DNA from: a virus
Virus record (IMG/VR): IMGVR_UViG_3300045988_182851
Location: 39,491-103,490 of that record
DNA length: 64,000 nt
Direction: 5' to 3' (one strand)
In this document: one piece after another, positions 37,692-47,626 of the stretch
Numbering within the stretch: position 1 is the first letter of the stretch
Layout of the letters: each line of letters starts with the position of its first letter
Notes under the pieces: model-generated
What the model was told of the DNA's origin: nothing
What the model saw: only the letters and a program-made list of their open reading frames with translations
Database searches by the model: none
Position numbers and translations under genes: made by a program

Positions 37692-37988
37692 CTATTTATC
37701 ATCCATATTTTCATTAATATTATCAATATTAATGACATCATTTTTATTAGCTATTATTATATAAGATGATATTATTTTTGCAATAAATAAAGCATTAATT
37801 ACAATTAAAATAACTCCTGGGATTATGTTATTAAAATGCTTAATAACATCAAAAGCAATATCAGGAATTAATATAAAAGCTTCAATTATACAAGAAAATA
37901 TTACACTATCTATTCCTTTTCTTATGCCTACTATATATTTATCCATGATGTTCTCCTTTTTTTCTTTCCATACTAAATTACTGCACAT
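37692..37988 (-). CDS. small membrane protein (98 aa)
   Basis: two TM helices; overlaps the methyltransferase stop by 16 nt. Confidence 0.4.
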   Translation of the reverse strand: MCSNLVWKEKKENIMDKYIVGIRKGIDSVIFSCIIEAFILIPDIAFDVIKHFNNIIPGVILIVINALFIAKIISSYIIIANKNDVINIDNINENMDDK

Positions 37989-38869
37989 TGCAAATTTAAA
38001 CGGTTTATTATACTTGCTACATGCTCCTTACATTTTTCAATTAAAATGCACTTTCTTTTCTTATTAAGACACGCTTCTCCTGTTACCCCACTACCTGCAA
38101 ATTGATCTAAAACTAATTCTCCAGGTAAAGTAAAATACTCCAATAATTGTTCAAACAAAGCAACTGGTTTTTCTGTCTGGACATTCTTTAATTTATTGGG
38201 AATGGCCTGCACATTAAATTCAGTAGGCAGCATTCCATTAGCTCCACTCATAAATCTGGTAGGTACTCCATTTATAACGCCTCTTTGCTTATCTGGTCTT
38301 AATGCTCTTGGCTTACCTTTACTAAAAATCATTATGTCTTCTGTATTTTTAGCTTTTCTGCCTGTATTACTTACAAATGTACCTTTTTTCCATGCAACTT
38401 TTGTATAATACTTAAACCCTGCCTGTTCTGCCATCTTCTTAATCTCATACAAATAATCAAAATTATTTTCATTTTCTGCAGGTAAAATTTCTACTAAGAA
38501 ACTGCCTTCCTTTAATACCCTAGCCTTTTCCATAAAATCTGATAAAGAGTACTTAAAGCAATCATACTGAGCTAAATGTCTTGTTCCACCATTATTAGAT
38601 TTCTTATCATCCCATGGATGATCAGTAATTATGCAATCCATAGATTCACTTTCAAAAACAGATAAATCTCTTCCATCGCCTTCAATAAGAACTACATCAT
38701 CTGTTACATATAGTCCTTTTGATAGTTTCTTAAATTCTTTACCTAAATTTTCATAAATTCTTGCTCTGACTGACTCTTTTGGATATGAGGGATTAACAGC
38801 ATATGCTTCTTTTAGTGTAAACTGCTTTCCTGGTTTAAAAGCCGCTAACAGATTTGATAAAACACTCAT
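37973..38869 (-). CDS. beta-class DNA N6-adenine/N4-cytosine methyltransferase with an atypical catalytic motif TDHPW
   Basis: motif IV region VLIEGDGRDLSVFESESMDCIITDHPW precedes motif I VLDQFAGSGVTGEA (the IV-before-I order of beta-class enzymes); DHPW in place of DPPY. Confidence 0.7.
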   Translation of the reverse strand: MSVLSNLLAAFKPGKQFTLKEAYAVNPSYPKESVRARIYENLGKEFKKLSKGLYVTDDVVLIEGDGRDLSVFESESMDCIITDHPWDDKKSNNGGTRHLAQYDCFKYSLSDFMEKARVLKEGSFLVEILPAENENNFDYLYEIKKMAEQAGFKYYTKVAWKKGTFVSNTGRKAKNTEDIMIFSKGKPRALRPDKQRGVINGVPTRFMSGANGMLPTEFNVQAIPNKLKNVQTEKPVALFEQLLEYFTLPGELVLDQFAGSGVTGEACLNKKRKCILIEKCKEHVASIINRLNLQCAVI

Positions 38870-38882
38870 AATATATTCTCCT

Positions 38883-39749
38883 TTATTTTGTTTGATAAAG
38901 AAGATATGACAGAAAATTATTTACATTAGAATGTGAACTGTTATTTCTTATTACTAAAATATTTCTGATAACAATTATGAAAAATATAATACTCATTACG
39001 ATTAGACAAATATTTTGTAACATAACAGGCATAAAAGAGTACAATACACTACTTGCATTAACTCCAATATGAATTAAAATAGAGGACAATAAATTATCTG
39101 TTTTTATATATACATAGGCTAATATAATACCGAAAATAAATGCATAAGTGCTTTGAATAATATTAAAATGCACTAATCCAAAAACGAAAGCTGATATATA
39201 AATTGAGCTTACATCTGGTTTCTTAAAGAATTTGTTTTGCTTTATTATTTTTGTAATACCGTATCTAAATATTAATTCTTCAACAACTGGCGTAATAACA
39301 CCTGTTATTAAGAGTACTTGAAGCCAATTTCCGGTTACAGCAACATTCATCAAAGAATTATATGAATTAGAAACCAAATTATTAGGTAAGGAATCTATTA
39401 CCACAGAAGCTAAAAAATTCATAATAATGCCTGTTAAAATAAATGTCTTGACATCTTTTAATGATAATTTTGAAATAAATATGATTGATTTATTAACTTT
39501 ATATTCTTTAAGCATAACAAACCCAAGTATTATAATATCGGAAACAAATAATGCAGGCATAATTAATTCACTGAGCATACTAAGATAACTATATGAACGT
39601 AAATTACCTGTTTCTATACATACATATAAATTATCATACCATTGTGAGTCAGAAAACAATTTAAAAATAAATACACCCAATGTACATATAATTTGAGTAA
39701 TAAGAAAAACAAATACTATTCCAATCATCTTTGTAATTTGTTTAATCAT
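38883..39749 (-). CDS. CPBP-family (CAAX protease / Abi) intramembrane metalloprotease, second copy
   Basis: ITPVVEELIFRY and FVFGLVHFN motifs; six or more TM helices. Confidence 0.65.
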   Translation of the reverse strand: MIKQITKMIGIVFVFLITQIICTLGVFIFKLFSDSQWYDNLYVCIETGNLRSYSYLSMLSELIMPALFVSDIIILGFVMLKEYKVNKSIIFISKLSLKDVKTFILTGIIMNFLASVVIDSLPNNLVSNSYNSLMNVAVTGNWLQVLLITGVITPVVEELIFRYGITKIIKQNKFFKKPDVSSIYISAFVFGLVHFNIIQSTYAFIFGIILAYVYIKTDNLLSSILIHIGVNASSVLYSFMPVMLQNICLIVMSIIFFIIVIRNILVIRNNSSHSNVNNFLSYLLYQTK

Positions 39750-40036
39750 TTTTTAGTTGACCTCCATTTTGCCTTATTTTTATTTTGATATGATTTTTCA
39801 ATTTCCAAATGGTCTTTTATCTGCTGCATACAATCTTCTAATGAAGCTTTTGTTTTTGCTGTATTAATATCCTTTTGTGTTATTTGTTTTACATGCTCTT
39901 TAGCTAAATTTTCATCCGAATAATAAGTTTGTGTTGATTCACTATATTTTATTACCGCAATATTCTTTTCTTCATTTCTTGTATTAAAAGCTTTGTTTAA
40001 TTGTATTGCAATATTAAATTTTTGATTCAAGTCCAT
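39746..40036 (-). CDS. hypothetical basic protein (96 aa)
   Basis: overlaps the CPBP start by 4 nt. Confidence 0.45.
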   Translation of the reverse strand: MDLNQKFNIAIQLNKAFNTRNEEKNIAVIKYSESTQTYYSDENLAKEHVKQITQKDINTAKTKASLEDCMQQIKDHLEIEKSYQNKNKAKWRSTKK

Positions 40037-40093
40037 TATTATAATTCCTTCCTAAAAAAAAGTTTATATATATATTAATATGACGGAGTGAAA

Positions 40094-40121
40094 CAAAAAA
40101 ATAGCAGGAATTAACCTGCTA
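40094..40121 (-). terminator. bidirectional-type terminator (atagcagg/cctgctat hairpin flanked by A7 and T6)
   Basis: downstream of the helicase stop at 40155; followed by the motif variant CCGTCATAT. Confidence 0.55.
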
Positions 40122-40154
40122 TTTTTTATTATATTCAATTGTATTAAATATTGA

Positions 40155-43076
40155 TTAAGATACTGACTTCTTATTTTTAGGCTTAGTACTATACGCTGCA
40201 GCGATTTTTTTAGTATCAATTTTTGTAAGTGCTGATGAATTCTTCTTAGCTTTAACAGGAGAAGATGCATGAGAATTAGCTCTTACCTTTTTAATCTTAG
40301 CATCCTGTTCTCTTAACTTAGCAGCTTCCTTTAATGCCTTGTTTGGATCAATAGGAACATAATTAGTATTAGTTACATCAAATACTTCCTTAAGGAATGT
40401 GTTATATATTTCTCCATGTTCCTTATCTGAATAACAAACATATTGACCTGTTATAAATAATTCATCCTTTGCTCTGGTTAAGGAAACAAATAATAATCTT
40501 CTCATTTCCTCAATTTCTTTTTCATGATTAACTTTATTACGGATGCTATGCAAATGCTTGCTATCATACTTTGTAACACTGTTAAATATAACCGGCCATT
40601 CAAGTCCTTTTGATGAGTGAGCTGTTGTAAGTACAACACCTTCATAAGTCTGTTCCATTTTCTTGCAGCAATTAGTTCCAAATACTTTAAAATCCTGAAT
40701 ATACTCTAACTCAGACTGTAAATCCTCATTTGCATATACTAAATCTAAGAAATACTCATAGATTTCATCGCCTTCATCTCCCTTAAGTGCATCAAGCATA
40801 TTATGGAAGATTTGTCTCTGAGACGGAATCGCTATCATATCCATATTCATAAACTGCTGCTTTAATTTAGAGATTTCATCATTAATATCATTAAATGATA
40901 AAAGATTTAATATTTCTCCATTATATTTCGCAGCCAGATAATCTAAATAAAGCTTATCTGCTTCAGGCTGATAAAATGCATCAGCTAAAGATAATGCAGC
41001 TTTAACCTTTCCGTTTTCAGCTAATGGCATTGGATTCATCATAACCCAAGGAATGTTTGCTTTTGATAATGCGGCCCCAATAGAAACAAGTTCAGCCTTT
41101 GTATATGTAAGCACTGCAATGTCTTCTGGAATATGTTCGTTTAAATCCAACATCTCTTTAATTGTATCTACAATATACTCAATTTCTTCATCTTTGCTAT
41201 AAAAGCCCTTTACTGTTACAGGTGCACCATGATCCTTACATGGATTCATAGCTTTAATAAGTCTTTCCTTATTAAGTGCTTCTATATCAGTTGCAACCTT
41301 AAGTATTTCAGGAGTACTTCTTCTATTAACTGATAGATTAATATCTATACCTTTTATGCCTAACTTATCGAAGAAATGAATCATGTTTTCCGGAGATGTA
41401 TGTCTGAACCCATAAATACTCTGAGAATCATCACCTACAACCATTAAAGACTCAAAACATTTACAATTACATAGCTCCTTTATTGTATCCATCTGAATAT
41501 CATTAGAATCCTGAAACTCATCTACTATAATATGCTTAAAACCTAATCTTTCTAAATAACCCGGATGCGCATTGATAATGTTAAACATCATTGGTTCCTG
41601 ATCAGCAAATGTAATAAGTGAATCTTCAAGTAGCTGTTTCTGGTATTCAGAATATAAATCCATTAACTGTGTAACAGCAATACCAGTGCCCATAAATCTT
41701 GAATAACCTTTATCTCTTAAAAGTTCTGTAAGCTGATTATTTGCATCTGGAAGTGTAATATCAACATGTTCAGTTTTAATTAACTCAAAGCATTTTTCAG
41801 CACAAGCTAATGCACCTCTTAAGTTAGGTGTATCTGTCATAAAGTTCAAGTAATCGATTCCGTTAATATGATTATCAGTTAATAATTGAGTAATAATCTT
41901 ACGATTTCTTACATCATCAATTACAACAGGAGGATTTGTAAATCCCAATTCCTTATACTCAAATTTAACAATATTATAAGCAAAACTGTTAAAAGTCATT
42001 GCCTGAATATCGTCAGGACTTACAGAAAGTCCATAAGTTAAACACTTACTTGCAATCCTTGTTTTCATTTCTGCTGCACCTGCGTCTGTAAATGTTATAA
42101 ATAACATTTCTTCCGGCTTGACACCTTCAACAAACATTTGTGCTCCTCTTTCAGTAACACATTCTGTTTTACCTGCACCGGCTGTAGCAATTACCCTTGC
42201 AATTCCTTTTCTAAAATCAACTATCTGCTGCTGTTCGTCTGATAAAATAATTTTATCTCTCTTCTTAAGCGTTTTCTTTTCGAAATGTGCAGGAGTTTTT
42301 GTATAATGGCAAAGCATATTATAAGAACATGTTTTACAATCATCTTCTGTACACTGAATATGCCCCTGCTCAGATAAATTGATCTGCTTAATATAATCTA
42401 ATTCTTCTCCACAAAGGCTATCTTTACCCCATTCAACTTCTTTTTCAAATGAAACAACATTACCGCCATAGCCTGAAAAGAAATCAGCATCAGTCATACT
42501 TTTAGAAGTATCTGTGCTTTTTCTTAAGTAATAATAAGATCCTTTAATAATCTTTTTTTCACCTGGTTTAAGTAATGATTTTGCATATAAATATAATGCA
42601 TATATTTCCGGACACTTTAAAACAGATAAATCCTGTTTCTTGCCTGAGACAGTTACCACGGGCTTTGAAGCAAAAAACTTGATTGCTTCAATTTCATTTT
42701 TATTAACAGAAACAGCATCAGGTCTAATATGAATTGCATAATCCTGGCTTACAGGAATATCCTTAGCATCAACTTCAACTTCAAGTTTTCTTTTTTCACA
42801 ATATGCATATCTTGTGAGAATTTCTGTAAGACGCTTAATTCTTCCTTCATTAGTTTCCGCAGGTAAATTATTCTCTTCAACACCTTCAGACACTAAATCA
42901 TGAAATTCATTAATCTGAAACTCACCTTTTAAATAACCCATAATAATCTGCTTAATAATAATAGCATTATCATAATTGTCATTTTTCTTTGTAGTAACTT
43001 CAATTTCCTTTTTTAAGTTCTTCATAAGACGACAATGATATTTGCCTCTTAACTCTTCTGATTTTAATACTTTCAT
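40155..43076 (-). CDS. UvrD/Rep-family SF1 helicase (973 aa) with an N-terminal Cas4/RecB-like Fe-S nuclease-like domain
   Basis: C-terminal half: motif I ATAGAGKTECV, motif II HIIVDEFQDSN, motif IV VNRRST; N-terminal 280 aa: Cys cluster CTEDDCKTCSYNMLCHY (C-x4-C-x2-C-x5-C) and IRPD...EIEAIK acidic motifs. Confidence 0.7.
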   Translation of the reverse strand: MKVLKSEELRGKYHCRLMKNLKKEIEVTTKKNDNYDNAIIIKQIIMGYLKGEFQINEFHDLVSEGVEENNLPAETNEGRIKRLTEILTRYAYCEKRKLEVEVDAKDIPVSQDYAIHIRPDAVSVNKNEIEAIKFFASKPVVTVSGKKQDLSVLKCPEIYALYLYAKSLLKPGEKKIIKGSYYYLRKSTDTSKSMTDADFFSGYGGNVVSFEKEVEWGKDSLCGEELDYIKQINLSEQGHIQCTEDDCKTCSYNMLCHYTKTPAHFEKKTLKKRDKIILSDEQQQIVDFRKGIARVIATAGAGKTECVTERGAQMFVEGVKPEEMLFITFTDAGAAEMKTRIASKCLTYGLSVSPDDIQAMTFNSFAYNIVKFEYKELGFTNPPVVIDDVRNRKIITQLLTDNHINGIDYLNFMTDTPNLRGALACAEKCFELIKTEHVDITLPDANNQLTELLRDKGYSRFMGTGIAVTQLMDLYSEYQKQLLEDSLITFADQEPMMFNIINAHPGYLERLGFKHIIVDEFQDSNDIQMDTIKELCNCKCFESLMVVGDDSQSIYGFRHTSPENMIHFFDKLGIKGIDINLSVNRRSTPEILKVATDIEALNKERLIKAMNPCKDHGAPVTVKGFYSKDEEIEYIVDTIKEMLDLNEHIPEDIAVLTYTKAELVSIGAALSKANIPWVMMNPMPLAENGKVKAALSLADAFYQPEADKLYLDYLAAKYNGEILNLLSFNDINDEISKLKQQFMNMDMIAIPSQRQIFHNMLDALKGDEGDEIYEYFLDLVYANEDLQSELEYIQDFKVFGTNCCKKMEQTYEGVVLTTAHSSKGLEWPVIFNSVTKYDSKHLHSIRNKVNHEKEIEEMRRLLFVSLTRAKDELFITGQYVCYSDKEHGEIYNTFLKEVFDVTNTNYVPIDPNKALKEAAKLREQDAKIKKVRANSHASSPVKAKKNSSALTKIDTKKIAAAYSTKPKNKKSVS

Positions 43077-43107
43077 AAAATATCTCCTTTATTATTTTGA
43101 TAAAGAA

Positions 43108-43124
43108 AATATGACAGAAAAAAT
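43108..43124 (-). promoter_or_regulatory. conserved promoter-like motif (AAATATGACAGAAAAAA)
   Basis: about 30 nt before the AAAGGAGA RBS of the helicase. Confidence 0.5.
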
Positions 43125-43301
43125 ATTTAAGAGTAACAATAATTCCATCTTGAAATTTAATATTAATATCCACAGCGCTTCTTATTTAATTAACTTAGCT
43201 TTAAATTAGTTTCTTTATGCAATATTGCTTTATTTCCAAGGCCTTTATTATAAAAAGGACAGGCTGATTATACTTCAACCTGTCCTTAAAATTATATATT
43301 T

Positions 43302-44876
43302 TTACTTAGTAGAATTCTTTTCTGACTTAGACACTTTTTCAGGAACATTCTTTACAGTTACCTTAATCTCCGGGTCAGCATCTTCTGGAATACCTGTAAA
43401 GTTCACATTCTTTGTTGTCTTGGCATCATATGTATTAGCCTTCATGACTTCTGTAAGATCAAAGCCTGTAGTTTCCTTGATACTCTCAATTGTCTTAGCA
43501 AGAACTGACGGTACATTACCACTGAAAGTTCCTACTCCGTTCTCTCCTGAACCTCCATCAATAATAGTAACCTTATCAATGCTTTCAAGCGGCTTTGCAA
43601 TTGCTTCTGCCATCTGTGGAAGAACTTTAATAATCATCTCTGTCATGGCAGCTTTACCATACTTAGCCATTGCATCTGCTTTCTTCTCCATAGCTTCAGC
43701 TTCAGCTAATCCCTTTGCCTTAATACTTTCAGCATCAGCAACACCTTTTGCCTTAATACTCTCTGCTTCTGCAAAGCCCTGTGCCTTTACTGCTTCAGCT
43801 TCCTGTTCCTTAGCAAATCTGTCTGCTTCTGCCTGTGATTTCTTAGCTTCAGCCTGCTTCTGAATTTCAAACTGCTTTGCTTCTGCTTCTTTCTGTCTCT
43901 GATAAAGTTCTGCATCTGCCTTCTGCTGTGCTGCATACTTTTCAGCTTCAGCCTGCTTACGGATATCAGCATCAAGTGTCTTTTCCTTAACAGTGATTTC
44001 CTTTTCTCTTAACTCAATTTCCTTTTCCTGCTTTGCAATATTAGCATTGGCAGTAGTGATTTCAATTGTCTTTCTCTGTTCCTGCTGCTGGATTTCATAT
44101 GCCGCATCAGCTTCAGCCTTCTTAACATCTGCTGCTCTCTTTAATTCCTGCTTCTTAATCTCAAGTTCATTGTTTCTTTCTGCAATAGCTGTCTCAGCTT
44201 CAATTCTTGCATCATTAGCCTGCTTTTCAGCATTAGCCTTTGCAACTGCAATATCTCTTTCTGATTCTGCTCTTGATATCTGTGCTGATTTAGAAATACT
44301 TACTACTCTGTCAATACCAAGGTTTTCAATAACATTACCTTCATCAGTAACATTCTGAACATTAAAGCTTACAATTTCAAGGCCCATTCTTTCCATATCA
44401 GGTGCAGCATTCTCCTGTACCTTTTCAGCAAATAACTTTCTGTCCTGTACAATATCCTCAAGCTTCATCTGTCCTATAATTTCACGGACATTACCTTCAA
44501 GTACATCTACAACTGATTCTCTGATATAATCTGAATTTTTATTAAGGAAGTTACTTGCCGCTTTTCCAAGCATTTCAGGTGATGAACCAATCTTAATCTT
44601 TACAGCAGAATCAATATTGACATTGATATACTCATTTGTTGGTACTGATTCCTTTGTCTTGACATCAACAGAAATCATCTTTAAATCAAGTTTATCAACT
44701 CTCTGTAAAAATGGTATCTTAAGTGATGACCTTCCAATTACATACTTAGGTGTCTTTCTAAGTCCTGATACAATAAGTGCCTTGTCTGTCGGAGCTTTAA
44801 TATAACTTGCAAATAATAATGCAATTAATACTACAACCACCGCTACTACAATTCCAATCGTTACTTCAATTCCCAT
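43302..44876 (-). CDS. SPFH / band-7 (flotillin-like) membrane protein
   Basis: N-terminal TM IGIVVAVVVVLIALLFA, then PTDKALIVSGLRK...LDLKMISVDV (SPFH), then about 250 aa of A/E/K-rich coiled coil. Confidence 0.75.
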   Translation of the reverse strand: MGIEVTIGIVVAVVVVLIALLFASYIKAPTDKALIVSGLRKTPKYVIGRSSLKIPFLQRVDKLDLKMISVDVKTKESVPTNEYINVNIDSAVKIKIGSSPEMLGKAASNFLNKNSDYIRESVVDVLEGNVREIIGQMKLEDIVQDRKLFAEKVQENAAPDMERMGLEIVSFNVQNVTDEGNVIENLGIDRVVSISKSAQISRAESERDIAVAKANAEKQANDARIEAETAIAERNNELEIKKQELKRAADVKKAEADAAYEIQQQEQRKTIEITTANANIAKQEKEIELREKEITVKEKTLDADIRKQAEAEKYAAQQKADAELYQRQKEAEAKQFEIQKQAEAKKSQAEADRFAKEQEAEAVKAQGFAEAESIKAKGVADAESIKAKGLAEAEAMEKKADAMAKYGKAAMTEMIIKVLPQMAEAIAKPLESIDKVTIIDGGSGENGVGTFSGNVPSVLAKTIESIKETTGFDLTEVMKANTYDAKTTKNVNFTGIPEDADPEIKVTVKNVPEKVSKSEKNSTK

Positions 44877-44911
44877 AAATTTTGTTCCTTTCTTTTAGTA
44901 AAAATAAGCAT

Positions 44912-44966
44912 GAACTACTCACAACCGACATTAATCGGGTGGAGCTTTCTTGCTTGATTGCGATAA
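44912..44966 (-). repeat. R1 structured repeat, copy 4 (in the 5'UTR of the SPFH gene)
   Basis: about 40 nt downstream of the promoter motif at 45007; ends about 35 nt before the ATG. Confidence 0.6.
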
Positions 44967-45038
44967 ACATCTTTTAAATTATTTTGTTTACGCCAATCAT
45001 TAGTAATATGACAGATATTTAATTTATTTTTTTTACAT

Positions 45039-45069
45039 AAAAAAATGGCTATGTTTTCACATAGCCATT
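45039..45069 (-). terminator. terminator (atggctatg/catagccat hairpin plus T-run)
   Basis: downstream of the 45095 stop; followed by TTATGTAAAAAAAA and the promoter motif. Confidence 0.5.
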
Positions 45070-45094
45070 TAGGAGGGAGGTTTAAAATTTATTG

Positions 45095-45628
45095 TCAAGC
45101 ATACAGTGCATAGGTATGCTTATGAGTTAAGCTCTTAGCTGCATCAATATCTCTTTTAATAAATTCCTTATCAATTCTTCTTTCATAAGATTTAACAATA
45201 TTCTTAAAGTTATGTAAGCAGCTTTCAATTGATGACTGCAATTCTGAATATACGCAGTCATTTTTCATGTCAATATTATCAGAATTAATAAAAATACTGA
45301 CAACATTGCAATCTGGTTCAGGCATTCCGTCATCTGTATAATAGCAATCGCTACCCATAAAAAGCACATATTTACCTTCACCAAACACTAATTTTTTATC
45401 CATATAAATGTAAGATTCATCTTCATCTATATAGACCTCTGTTTCTCCAATTGATTCATCAAACATATTATTTTCAAATATGTCAATGTCTTCTTCTTTT
45501 ATATCAAATAAATCTAACATACTGTATGTCCTCCTTTTAAATTGATTTATCTTATATATGACTGAAAAATAAAATAAGATAAACAAAAAATGCATTTCTA
45601 TATTAATAAATAGAAATGCATTTAACAC
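45095..45628 (-). CDS. hypothetical protein (177 aa)
   Basis: minus-strand ORF. Confidence 0.45.
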   Translation of the reverse strand: MLNAFLFINIEMHFLFILFYFSVIYKINQFKRRTYSMLDLFDIKEEDIDIFENNMFDESIGETEVYIDEDESYIYMDKKLVFGEGKYVLFMGSDCYYTDDGMPEPDCNVVSIFINSDNIDMKNDCVYSELQSSIESCLHNFKNIVKSYERRIDKEFIKRDIDAAKSLTHKHTYALYA

Positions 45629-45630
45629 AA

Positions 45631-46569
45631 TTAAATATATTCAATTTTTAATTCTTCAGTTTTAAGCCATGCATTCATGATTTTGTTATATAATTTTTTA
45701 AGTCTCTTTATTTCTTTTTTCGTTAAATGAACAACATTAACTAACATTTTATTTGAAGAACCTGCTAATCTGTTTAAAATAACCTGTTTATCTTTAATTA
45801 GATAAGCAATTCGTGTACAGGCCAAATTTACTGCACAATCTGGATTTTCCTGAATCAAATCATTGAATGTAAATCTTGAATTAATGCCATTTTTTTTAAT
45901 TAACCAAACGGCTTCAAGAGTTTCATCAAATTTTATATTTAAAGCTTTCTTATCTGTACTATAAACATAATCCTTTTCTGCAACACAATTATCTGGTATA
46001 TCAATTATAGACGGTTCATATTGCAAGCAATCTATTATAGAACCATTTTTATCAAATATATTTAATGGATAATCCTGAATTCCTATTAATTTTAAGTCTT
46101 CAGATGTAAATATATTTTTGATAGGATTGTCAATGGCTTTAGATTTTTCTTCATTAGAATTATTATTTTTAACAGATAACTTTCCTGAAGAATCTATAGA
46201 AACAATACCCCAAGATGATTTATTATCTGCTTCTTCTAATGCGTAGTTTGACTTATCTCCAGGGCATAATTCAGCAAGCCAATTTAATGTCTGACCATAA
46301 TTTAACCCTGTTTTTAATTGGACCAATTTAATTACATTCCAACTTTCTCCACAAGCAAAGCAATGGATTCCCTTAAAATGCTTTTTTGAATCCACATATA
46401 TACTTGCTGAACCAAAATGTTTATCATTATGAAACGGACATAAAATTTCTCGTTTATTCCCAGTAACTATATCCGTTCCTACAGTAGCATTTGAAATTTT
46501 AATATTAAGCTTGTTTATAACATCTAGCATATTAATGCTATCTACAATAGCTTGTCTATCATATCTCAT
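45631..46569 (-). CDS. DNA primase CHC2 zinc-finger domain protein (312 aa)
   Basis: CPFHNDKHFGSASIY...GIHCFACGESWNVIKLV matches the DnaG-type CHC2 zinc finger; the remainder is unassigned. Confidence 0.55.
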   Translation of the reverse strand: MRYDRQAIVDSINMLDVINKLNIKISNATVGTDIVTGNKREILCPFHNDKHFGSASIYVDSKKHFKGIHCFACGESWNVIKLVQLKTGLNYGQTLNWLAELCPGDKSNYALEEADNKSSWGIVSIDSSGKLSVKNNNSNEEKSKAIDNPIKNIFTSEDLKLIGIQDYPLNIFDKNGSIIDCLQYEPSIIDIPDNCVAEKDYVYSTDKKALNIKFDETLEAVWLIKKNGINSRFTFNDLIQENPDCAVNLACTRIAYLIKDKQVILNRLAGSSNKMLVNVVHLTKKEIKRLKKLYNKIMNAWLKTEELKIEYI

Positions 46570-46838
46570 GCAACTGCCTCCACAATAACTTCATTACCTT
46601 CAATATGCGCATTGCTGCAATATCCGCCAATTGCTTTAAGGGATTCAACAACCAGATCCTTTGTAGCATATAAATGATCTCCAGGAGCTAAATAAAAAAC
46701 ATTTTCTTCACTGTTTATTAATTCAATGCCTTCTGATGAAGAAACATTTTTGCATACATATGGGTAATTATCTTCCTTATTTTTGTTAACTTCTACTGCT
46801 AAAGCCTTTCTCCATGGCGTAAAATCGAATTTATTCAT
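46566..46838 (-). CDS. hypothetical protein (90 aa)
   Basis: overlaps the upstream stop by 4 nt. Confidence 0.45.
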   Translation of the reverse strand: MNKFDFTPWRKALAVEVNKNKEDNYPYVCKNVSSSEGIELINSEENVFYLAPGDHLYATKDLVVESLKAIGGYCSNAHIEGNEVIVEAVA

Positions 46839-46914
46839 AACAAATTCCTCCTTTAAATTTTTGATATAAAGGATATGACAGAAAAAAAATCATTAATGAA
46901 AGGAGATTCTAAAT

Positions 46915-46950
46915 TCATGATAATATAACAAAAGCAGGAGATGCTTGCTT
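46915..46950 (-). terminator. terminator (agcaggagat/atctcctgct hairpin)
   Basis: GC-rich 10 bp stem; closes the stand-alone promoter-R1 unit. Confidence 0.5.
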
Positions 46951-46987
46951 ATCTCCTGCTAAAATATTAATTTCTAAATTATTTTAT

Positions 46988-47043
46988 GAATTATTCACAA
47001 CCGACTATTGTCGAATGGAGTTTTCTTGCTATTCTTCGATAAT
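46988..47043 (-). repeat. R1 structured repeat, copy 5 (stand-alone unit: promoter-like TGTCATATAT at 47082-47098, then R1, then the terminator at 46923-46950)
   Basis: no ORF between promoter and terminator. Confidence 0.6.
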
Positions 47044-47101
47044 ATAGAAATATAATTGATTTTTCCTTTTTAATTGAATGTTTTATATATGACATAAAAT
47101 A

Positions 47102-47536
47102 TCATTTAATCAAAATTCTAATCAAATTAGAATCTGCATCTGCTACAAAGTTTTCTATTAAAACTATTTTTATAATGTTGCTTTTGTTATCCACGAATGT
47201 ATATGTTAATATTGGATTTTCTAATACTGATTTATCCAGATTATAATATTTAATTAGTAAATTTCTTAACTTATCATAATTCATTATGAATTTATCTTTG
47301 TGATCATTTTGAATAATATGAACCTTCTTATCTTTAGCATTAAATCTTATTCTGTCTTCCGAAATTGTAAATGCAGAAATTCCATTATATATATTAAAAT
47401 TATAACTAAAAATATATTCGTAATTAATTTCTGAAATGAAATTATTGATTATCTGGTTTAATTCATATCTAATTTTTTGTCTTGACACTTGTTTTTGTTT
47501 TGTTTTTCTCATAATTTTAAACATAAAGTCCTCCAT
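47102..47536 (-). CDS. hypothetical protein (144 aa)
   Basis: minus-strand ORF. Confidence 0.45.
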   Translation of the reverse strand: MEDFMFKIMRKTKQKQVSRQKIRYELNQIINNFISEINYEYIFSYNFNIYNGISAFTISEDRIRFNAKDKKVHIIQNDHKDKFIMNYDKLRNLLIKYYNLDKSVLENPILTYTFVDNKSNIIKIVLIENFVADADSNLIRILIK

Positions 47537-47626
47537 AATTAAAAAATATATTATATTTTTAATATGACAGAGGAAATAAAAAAACTGTCAGGAATCATCC
47601 TGACAGTTTAATTGTGAAATAATAAA

